From: an uncultured Anaerolineae bacterium
GTDB lineage: Bacteria > Chloroflexota > Anaerolineae > Aggregatilineales > UBA3940
Assembly (NCBI GenBank): GCA_964506005.1
Contig: CAZDLX010000001.1
Span: 35,620-59,619, forward strand
DNA length: 24,000 nt
Reading direction: 5' to 3'
Positions 1 to 6,901 of this stretch are shown here, piece by piece. Under the pieces are notes generated by a model. The model worked only from the letters and a program-made list of their open reading frames with translations, did not search any database and was not told where the DNA came from. Positions within the stretch are counted from its first letter, which is position 1. Each line of letters opens with the position of its first letter. Both the position numbers and the translations under genes were made by a program.

Positions 1-3
1 CGG

Positions 4-2238
4 CTAGTTCATGACCGTCCGCAGCATGTAAGTCGTGTCGCTCAGGCGGTGAGCCAGCAGATTCGCCATGTAGCGGTGGAAGTCCGTCGCCACGGCGGGC
101 TGCTCGGCTTCGAGCCGTTTGAGCCCGGCGGGTGAGAGGTACGAGACACTGCCCGTCGCCTCCATCATGACGGATGCAGTCGCCGGAGTGCCGAGGTAGA
201 ACCCCAGCTCGCCGACGATGGTGCCGCTCTTCATCGTCCGCAGCCGGACGGGCTCGCCGGTATCCATCTCAAGCTGGATGGTCACCTCGCCGCTCTCGAT
301 GAAATACACGCCCTGTGACGGCTCCCCCTGGCGAATCAGGCACTCGCCGCATATCACTTCCCGGCGCTCCATGTAGCTGAGCAGCACGTCGACGTGTGCC
401 GGAGAGCTGAGCGCCCCGGCGAGGTGTTCGCGCAGGTTGCGCTGGGCCTCCGCCTGCACCTGCTGCTCTGTGAACAAGAGCTCCTCGCACCACTCGACGC
501 CGTGATCGAGACTGGCGAAGAACTTTACGCCGCGCGCCTGCTCGGTGATACCGCCCTGGCTGAGCTGCTCCCGCACCGTGGCAGGGACCGACGTCAGCAG
601 CAGCTTCGCGCCGTGCTTCTCGACGAGCTGGCACATGCGCGTGAAGCTCAGCGCTGCCGAGCTGTCCAGGCCAGTCACCCGCCGGAAGTCGAGCACGACG
701 AAGCGCACCGGCGGCTCGCCGCCGCGTGCCAGCTGCTGCCGCACCGAATCGAGCAGGTGATCCGCCGTGCCGAAAAAGATGAAGCCCTGCAGCTCCAGGA
801 TGTGGATCTGCTCCCCGCGCTCGCGCAGCCAGGCACGTACCGCTTCCGGGCGCTCGACGGTGCTGGCGTAGCTGCGGGCGCTGAATGCGTGCTTGATCAC
901 GTCGATGCGGCTGTAGCGCACGACGAACAGGGCCACGGCGATGCCGAGCCCGATGGCGACGCCCGGCAGCACGCCCACCACCGCGATGACCAGCAAAATC
1001 AGCAGGACGATGGCGTAGTCGGCGGTGGGAAGCTGCCGCCGCGCGTCGATGACCCACTCCGTCAGAAACGAGAGCCCTAGCAGCAGCAGCACCATACCCG
1101 CCACCGGCCTGGGGATGTAGGCCAGCATCGAGCTGCCGAGCAGCAACACCGCCACACAGACTGCCGCCGCCGCAACGCCGACGAACCGGCTGCGCGCGCC
1201 CATGCGGCGGCTGAGTGACGAGAGGCTCAGCGTCTGGTAGCCGATCGCCCCGCCCGCCAGCCCGGCGAGGATGTTGGCGATGCCGGCTGCGCGCAGCTCG
1301 CGGTCGAGGTCGACGTCCGCCTCAGCCGCCAGCTCGATCCCCCGCGCGTTGAGCAGCAGCTGCAGCGCGCATACGACGAGGATGGTCGCAATCTGCCCGG
1401 CCTGCGACAGGATCAGCGACCAGTTCGCCTGGAGCAGCCAGGGCGTGGCCAGCGGCTGCCAGCCTGCCCGCCCGGGCATCGCCTCCAGCAGCCAGCCGCC
1501 TTCCTGCGCTGCGGCCAGCGAGCTGCCTGAGAGCCACATTACGAGGTAGAACAGCGCCCCCGCGCCGAGCAGGAACCCGGGCAGGATCAGGAAGTGCTCG
1601 CGCCGCCTGAGCACCCAGAGCAGCAGGGCGGCGAAGGCGAGGCTCGGCAGCCACCGGGGCAGCGCCGCAGGGTCGAACAGCTCGATTATCTGCCCGGCGC
1701 TGGCCGGCACACCGGCAAGCACGTCAAACCCGCCGAGCAGGAGCAGCCAGCCGGTGCCCGCCAGGAAGCCGCCCGTCACCGGGTAGGGGATGAAGCGCAC
1801 GAGGTCGCCCTTCTTGAAGATGCCAAGCAACAGCAGGAACACGCCTGTCAGTGAGGAGGCGATCACAAACGAAGCGATCACGGTCGCAAGCGGGGCCTCG
1901 CCGCGCGCCGCGAGCGTCGAGGCGAGCGTGGCAGCCATCACGGCGAGCAGCGCGCTGGGGCTGTCTTGCACGCTGCCGATGACACCGGGCAGGGAGCCGG
2001 TTAGCGAGATGACCAGCAGCACGATGACGCCGGTCATCAGGATGAGCCCAAAGCCGGTAGCAAGATCGGCGGCGAGCGGCCCGGAGAAGATGAGCGCCGA
2101 GTACGAGATGATGATCATCACCTCGATCGTGCCGATCACCAGCCCGGCCATGAGGCTTGCCAGCAGAGTGTCGGTCTGCAAGAGCGACGCCAACCGCTGT
2201 CTCACAGAGTTCGGGCGAACCGTGGGCTGCACGCGCAT
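4..2238 (-). CDS. SulP/SLC26-family anion transporter with C-terminal STAS domain and cyclic-nucleotide-binding-like (CNB) domain
   Basis: 744-aa ORF. The N-terminal ~440 aa consist of many hydrophobic helices typical of SulP. A STAS-like segment follows (IHILELQGFIFFGTADHL...VVLDFRRVTGLDSSA). The C-terminal CNB beta-barrel reads GVYFIESGEVTI...GELGFYLGTPATASV. A GGAGG (fwd 2245-2249) lies 6 nt upstream of the ATG at 2238. Confidence 0.9.
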   Translation of the reverse strand: MRVQPTVRPNSVRQRLASLLQTDTLLASLMAGLVIGTIEVMIIISYSALIFSGPLAADLATGFGLILMTGVIVLLVISLTGSLPGVIGSVQDSPSALLAVMAATLASTLAARGEAPLATVIASFVIASSLTGVFLLLLGIFKKGDLVRFIPYPVTGGFLAGTGWLLLLGGFDVLAGVPASAGQIIELFDPAALPRWLPSLAFAALLLWVLRRREHFLILPGFLLGAGALFYLVMWLSGSSLAAAQEGGWLLEAMPGRAGWQPLATPWLLQANWSLILSQAGQIATILVVCALQLLLNARGIELAAEADVDLDRELRAAGIANILAGLAGGAIGYQTLSLSSLSRRMGARSRFVGVAAAAVCVAVLLLGSSMLAYIPRPVAGMVLLLLGLSFLTEWVIDARRQLPTADYAIVLLILLVIAVVGVLPGVAIGLGIAVALFVVRYSRIDVIKHAFSARSYASTVERPEAVRAWLRERGEQIHILELQGFIFFGTADHLLDSVRQQLARGGEPPVRFVVLDFRRVTGLDSSAALSFTRMCQLVEKHGAKLLLTSVPATVREQLSQGGITEQARGVKFFASLDHGVEWCEELLFTEQQVQAEAQRNLREHLAGALSSPAHVDVLLSYMERREVICGECLIRQGEPSQGVYFIESGEVTIQLEMDTGEPVRLRTMKSGTIVGELGFYLGTPATASVMMEATGSVSYLSPAGLKRLEAEQPAVATDFHRYMANLLAHRLSDTTYMLRTVMN

Positions 2239-2261
2239 GAGCCGCCTCCGTGGTCGCGCTG

Positions 2262-2301
2262 CACAAAGAAGTTCCGGCCCGCACGGTTGGCGAGCCGGAA
2301 C
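2262..2301 (-). terminator. Intrinsic terminator/attenuator-like hairpin between the secreted-protein gene and the SulP gene
   Basis: Minus-strand RNA reads GUUCCGGCUCGC-CAACCGU-GCGGGCCGGAAC. This is a 12-bp stem with one G.U pair and a 7-nt loop, followed directly by UUCUUUGUG. The U-tract ends 12 nt before the SulP Shine-Dalgarno sequence. Confidence 0.55.
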
Positions 2302-2318
2302 TCAGGCAGAAACCGGTG

Positions 2319-2933
2319 CTACCACCCCGCGGGGGGTACCGTGAAACCGACCTGCGAGCAGCCGAAGGTGCTGTTGTCGCCCGGCACGCCGTAGCTGCAT
2401 GCGAAGTTGTATGCGAAAAGCGGCTGAGCACCCGGCATGGGGACACCCTTGTTGAAGTCGAACCGGGCAGCCTCATAGCCGACGATGCTGGCGTACTGCC
2501 AGACGACGGACGACCCGTCAACGCCGACAACCTTCCAGTTGCCATTCGGGCAGCCTGCCTGCTTCGGCGTGGGCGACGGCGAGAGCTGGGCGATGGTCGG
2601 GTTCTCCGCAGTGATGTCGAAGAACGAGCGTCCGTTCTTCTGCGTGGTGAACCAGCCTGTCTGGATCACTCTCGCCGTGATAGGGTTGCGGCCCGGCGCG
2701 GTGTTGCCGCCTTTGTTCTGGCACAGCGCCGTGACCCTCGCGTAGCCGGTCAGCACCGCCGCGTAATCCGTGTTGCCGGTGCCGCGCAGGTCGCCCTCTG
2801 CCTCCAGCGAGCCGATTCGAAAAGTGATACTCCCGAGCGCCCACTTGCCCGCCCAGGCGGTCGAAACGACCGAAACCAGAATGATGAGCAGGAGTGCCAC
2901 TGCCAGTGTTTGACGTCGAAGCTTTGATTTCAT
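2319..2933 (-). CDS. Secreted hypothetical protein (signal peptide, four Cys, predicted all-beta), no recognisable family
   Basis: The ORF runs 2319-2939. The second ATG (2933) has GAGGA 6 nt upstream and is preferred. The N-terminus KSKLRRQTLAVALLLIILVSVVSTAWA|GKW is a classical Sec signal with an AxA site. The mature part has 4 Cys (LCQN, GCPNG, ACSYG, GCSQ). Confidence 0.7.
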   Translation of the reverse strand: MKSKLRRQTLAVALLLIILVSVVSTAWAGKWALGSITFRIGSLEAEGDLRGTGNTDYAAVLTGYARVTALCQNKGGNTAPGRNPITARVIQTGWFTTQKNGRSFFDITAENPTIAQLSPSPTPKQAGCPNGNWKVVGVDGSSVVWQYASIVGYEAARFDFNKGVPMPGAQPLFAYNFACSYGVPGDNSTFGCSQVGFTVPPAGW

Positions 2934-3056
2934 ATTCATTCCTCTGCCAATGCTCTCGGCTACTACCGGTGACAGGATAAACGGCGCGGGGTTGGCTGCG
3001 CCACGCTCAGCATAGCTCCCCGGTGGCTGGTGCAGGGCCCGTCACGGCCCGCCCCC

Positions 3057-6000
3057 TCACAGCGGACGTATGGACCGCATCCGTTCGAGCTCCGCCTCCG
3101 CGCCAAGCTCTGCGAACGTTTGCCATGCCTGCTCCCAGAGCGCCTCGCCGCGCTCCGGGTCTCCGCCGTGCAGCTCGTACTCAGCCCAGTCTCGCAGCGT
3201 GCGGGCCCGCTCGCCGGGGATGCCAAGCTCCTCGTAGACGTCGGCGCTGCGCGCGAAGCAGTCGCGGGCGCTGTGGGGGCGCGGCTTCCCGACTCGCCCG
3301 TAGGCCAGCATCACGTCCTCGCCCTTGTGGGCAGCGATCTGGCCCAGGATGCGCCAGGCGAAGCCCTCTTCCTCACGCGAGTCCGCGTGGTCGGCGAGGG
3401 CCAGTGCGTACTGCGCCGCGTCGAGCGCTGCGTCCGCGCCGCCCTGTGCCAGGCATGCCTGGGCGAGATTGGCATACGTCGCCGACAGCCCACCTGCGCC
3501 GGCGGTGTCCGCCATGCGGATGACCTCGCGCAGGCTCTGCTCGGCGGCGGCGTAGTCGCCCAGCATGTTCTGCGCCGCCCCGACGTTGCTCAGGTACAGC
3601 ATCTCGCCGCTGCGGTTACCCATCTTGCGGGCGTTCTCCAGCGCCTCGCTGTAGCGCGCGAGGGCCAGCTCATAGTCGCCTTTGGACTCCGCCAGCACGC
3701 CCAGGTTGTTGAGCAGCGGGATCGCCCCGGCGCGGTCGCCCAGTTTGTCGAGCAGGGCCAGCGCCCGCTCGAAGTAGCGGCCCCCCTCCTCGAAACGGCC
3801 CTGCGAAGCGTTTACGACGCCGAGCAGGTTGTAGCTGCTGGCAAGCTCCCGGCTGGCCTGCATCTGCTCGCCGAGCTGCACGGCAAGCTCCGCGCAGCTC
3901 TCCGCGCCGGGGATGTCACCCGTCCGGAACAGCCCCGCGCCACGCAGCCGCACCGCGCGGATGGACTCAATTCCGCCGCCTGCCTGCGTGGCGAGGGACT
4001 CGGCGCGCTCGGCACTCTCGATGAGCGCGCGCAGCTCGCCCTGCTCAAGCCGGGCGTTGGCGATACCGCACCAGCCGCGCGCCTGCGCCGCGACGTCGCC
4101 AGCCGACTCCGCCTCGGTCACCATCTCGGTGAAAGCCTCAATTGCCTCGGTGTAGCGGCCCAGCCAGTGCAGCACATCGCCGAGCCCCTCGTAGCTGTCG
4201 ACTCGCTGGCGCCGGGCTTCCTCGCCGGCTGTGCGGCTCCTGGCGATGAGGTCGAGCGCACAGGTGTAGTGCTCGACAGCCGCCTCAAGCGCGAAGATGT
4301 CTTTGGCGTGTTTGCCGGCGCGCACGTACCACGCAGCCGCCTCGTCGTACGCCTCGGCGCGCTCGTAGTGCTCGGCGATGCGCCCTGCCTGCTCGCCCGT
4401 CCGCCAGTCGCTGCGCGCGCTGAGCCAGTCGGCGACCTGCTTGTGGTACCGGCGGCGCAGCCGCTTGAGCACGCTCTCGTACGTCACGTCGTGCAGCAGC
4501 GCGTGACGGAAGATGTACTCGTGGGTGTCTGCGAACGTCGGCGACTCGCGGGGGAAGACGAGCTCGCGCTCGTGCAGGCGGCGATATGGCGCTCCCCCCG
4601 CGGGCTGGCGGCTGCCCCCTGATGTGCCGCCGGTGAGCAGCGTATCGACCGCACTATCCCAGAAGATGCGCCCGACGACGGAGGCGCATTGAAGCGTCTG
4701 CCGCTCGGCCGGGGGCAGAGCATCCAGCCGGGCCTGCAGCACACCCATCAGCGTGGGCGGGACCACCTGCTCGACGAGACGGTCCATGTGCACCTGCCAG
4801 CCGTCCTCGGCGGTGACGATCACGCCCTCTTCGATCAGCATCATGATGACTTCTTCGACGTAGTACGGGTTGCCCTCCGCCCGCTCGATGATCAACCCGC
4901 GCAGCTCGTCGGGGATGTCGGGCAGCCGCCGTAGAATCTCGTCGACGAGCTTGTGGCTGTCCTCCGCGCTGAGTGGGTGCAGGTCGAGCCGGGTGACGGG
5001 CAGGCCCTGCCCCGCCCACGACTGGCGGCGCTCGAACAGCAGCGGGCGCGTCGTAGCGACGACGAGCAGGGGCAGATCGGGAGACGTCTGCAGGATGTGG
5101 TCGATCAGATCCAGCGAGCCCGCGTCCGCCCAGTGTACGTCCTCGAGCAGGATGACGATGGCCCGCTCGCGGGCCATCCGCTCGAGCAGCTCCGTGAAGT
5201 CGTGCAGGGCGCGGTCGCGGATCTGCTTGGCATCGTTGAGGATGCCCTGAAGCTGCGGATCGTCTGCGAAGTCGAAGCCGAGCACGTGCCCGACGAAAGG
5301 CAGGCACTCCTCCGCCTCTCTGCCTGCCAGCTCGATCAAGCCATTGCGCAGCTTGGCCCGCTTCTTCTCGTCCCCGTCGCTGTCGTGGATCTCGAACCGG
5401 AAGGCGAACAGATCGCGGATCAGGGCGTATGGAATTGTCGCCTTGTCCTCGGTGGCCCGCCCCTTCAGGAGGTGGATGCGCGCCGGATGCACGTCCAGCC
5501 AGTTCTCAAACTCGTACAGCAGGCGCGACTTGCCGACACCTGCTTCCGCCACAACCGCCACGAGCCGCGCCGGGCCGCGCTCAGGTGCAGGCTCGACGAC
5601 GTCCTCCGTAATGGTCTGCAGCCGCCTGAGCTCCGCCTGCCGGCCAATCATGCGCGTCTCAACGCCCATCACGCCGCGCGAGTACATCCGGAACGTGCGG
5701 GGGCGCGCACCATGCACGAGGTACACGGGGATGGGCTCCGCCTTGCCTTTAACGCGGATCGGCTCCAGCGGCTCGACCTCGAACAGCCCGCGCACGTGGC
5801 GGTAGGTGTCGCGCGAGATCAGAATGCCGCCCCTCGGGGCGGCGTGCTCAAGCCGGCTGGCGGTATTGACCGTATCGCCCATAGCTGTGAACTCGGTCGT
5901 CGTGCCGACGTTGCCGAGCAGCACCACGCCGGTGTTGATGCCAATCCGCATCTGGAGGTCAGGCGCGCCGGGCCCGTTGACGAACTCGCCCAGCGCCGCC

Positions 6001-6386
6001 TGCATGTCCAGCGCCGCGTGGATGGCCCGCTCGGGGTCGTCCTCCCGCGCCGCACCCGCGCCGAACAGCGCCATGATAGCGTCGCCAATGTGTTTGTCGA
6101 TGGTGCCCGCATGGTCGAGAATCGCCGTGTCGAGGCGCTCCCACAGCGCATTCATCATCTCGCTGACTTCTTCGGGGTCCATCGACTCGGACATCGCGGT
6201 GAAGCCCGACACGTCGGCAAACAGCACGGTGACCTGCTTGCGCTGCTGCTCGGCGGAGGGCTGCTGCAGGCTGGCAAGCCGCGCCCGGAGCGGCTCCAAC
6301 GCGGTATCGACGACCTGGTCGCCGAGCACCGGTCGTTGTAGTTCGAGGGCGGCAATGGCCTGTTCTAGGCTCGCGCGCTCATCCAC
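3057..6386 (-). CDS. Class III adenylate cyclase fused to STAND/AAA ATPase and TPR array
   Basis: 1109-aa ORF with a GTG start. The cyclase domain (aa ~50-225) has metal Asp residues in FADVSGFT and IGDAIMALFG, substrate Lys in IDKHIGD, Thr in EFTAMGD, and Asn/Arg in TVNTASRLE. Walker A is AEAGVGKSRL and Walker B is ILLEDVHWAD. The C-terminal ~450 aa form a TPR-like Ala/Leu/Gly/Tyr-rich repeat region. Confidence 0.9.
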   Translation of the reverse strand: MDERASLEQAIAALELQRPVLGDQVVDTALEPLRARLASLQQPSAEQQRKQVTVLFADVSGFTAMSESMDPEEVSEMMNALWERLDTAILDHAGTIDKHIGDAIMALFGAGAAREDDPERAIHAALDMQAALGEFVNGPGAPDLQMRIGINTGVVLLGNVGTTTEFTAMGDTVNTASRLEHAAPRGGILISRDTYRHVRGLFEVEPLEPIRVKGKAEPIPVYLVHGARPRTFRMYSRGVMGVETRMIGRQAELRRLQTITEDVVEPAPERGPARLVAVVAEAGVGKSRLLYEFENWLDVHPARIHLLKGRATEDKATIPYALIRDLFAFRFEIHDSDGDEKKRAKLRNGLIELAGREAEECLPFVGHVLGFDFADDPQLQGILNDAKQIRDRALHDFTELLERMARERAIVILLEDVHWADAGSLDLIDHILQTSPDLPLLVVATTRPLLFERRQSWAGQGLPVTRLDLHPLSAEDSHKLVDEILRRLPDIPDELRGLIIERAEGNPYYVEEVIMMLIEEGVIVTAEDGWQVHMDRLVEQVVPPTLMGVLQARLDALPPAERQTLQCASVVGRIFWDSAVDTLLTGGTSGGSRQPAGGAPYRRLHERELVFPRESPTFADTHEYIFRHALLHDVTYESVLKRLRRRYHKQVADWLSARSDWRTGEQAGRIAEHYERAEAYDEAAAWYVRAGKHAKDIFALEAAVEHYTCALDLIARSRTAGEEARRQRVDSYEGLGDVLHWLGRYTEAIEAFTEMVTEAESAGDVAAQARGWCGIANARLEQGELRALIESAERAESLATQAGGGIESIRAVRLRGAGLFRTGDIPGAESCAELAVQLGEQMQASRELASSYNLLGVVNASQGRFEEGGRYFERALALLDKLGDRAGAIPLLNNLGVLAESKGDYELALARYSEALENARKMGNRSGEMLYLSNVGAAQNMLGDYAAAEQSLREVIRMADTAGAGGLSATYANLAQACLAQGGADAALDAAQYALALADHADSREEEGFAWRILGQIAAHKGEDVMLAYGRVGKPRPHSARDCFARSADVYEELGIPGERARTLRDWAEYELHGGDPERGEALWEQAWQTFAELGAEAELERMRSIRPL

Positions 6387-6636
6387 AGCTCACGACGTTC
6401 TTCCGTAACTGGTGCGACCGTGACAGAGTGATACGCCAGCAGCGCCAGTCGCTGGCCTAACCTGCGGAATCCCAGCGTGAAATCGGCGAGGGCGCCGCCG
6501 GTTGCAGCTTGAGTTGGAGAGGCAGAGCCCGCTGGCAGTCGCCCGCAGAACGGCTGGTTCGTAGTAGCTGGTGACGTAAGCTCCGTGACATGTGCGAAGA
6601 CTCTCGCAGGTGTGGAGCGTGAAAAGGCTGTAGAAT

Positions 6637-6666
6637 ATTGTAGCTAATGGCGATACAATTAGTCAA
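6637..6666 (-). promoter_or_regulatory. Near-consensus sigma70-type promoter directed toward the cyclase gene
   Basis: Minus strand reads TTGACT (fwd 6661-6666), an 18-nt spacer, then TACAAT (fwd 6637-6642). It sits in the only AT-rich patch of the 515-bp intergenic region. It implies a ~245-nt leader before the GTG at 6386. Confidence 0.45.
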
Positions 6667-6901
6667 CAATATGGCAGAGACCGGCATGAGTTGGCCGGCT
6701 GTACTGTGCAGGTTGCCGACCAGGCTGGTTGGGGGCCCGCCAACTCCACTTCCCCAGCCGGACCTCCCCATGCGCTGCCCTGAATGGCAGTAATCCGCCG
6801 CGTTCGTCTCACAACTCGCGCCGCAGGTCTCGGCAGCGCCGCCCGGTACAGCCGGGCGGTGATTCCAGGCGTATGGCTGCGCCAGGCAGAGGAGGATCGC
6901 C

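Noticed and set aside
3030-6341. Long plus-strand ORFs (3030-4622, 530 aa; 4953-6341, 462 aa) antisense to the cyclase-STAND-TPR gene.
   Set aside because: These are typical high-GC shadow ORFs. Their translations are Arg/Ala/Gly/Leu/Pro-rich with no motifs and no SD at the starts. The opposite strand encodes a continuous protein with clear cyclase, Walker A/B and TPR signatures.
6839-6859. Hairpin CCGCCCGG-tacag-CCGGGCGG in the kinase leader. It superficially recalls the CCGGGCGG-type segments of ZTP-like riboswitches.
   Set aside because: The other conserved ZTP/pfl blocks (GGGUCGUGAC and the CCGCCUGGGCA pseudoknot partner) are absent. It is kept only as a generic leader hairpin.
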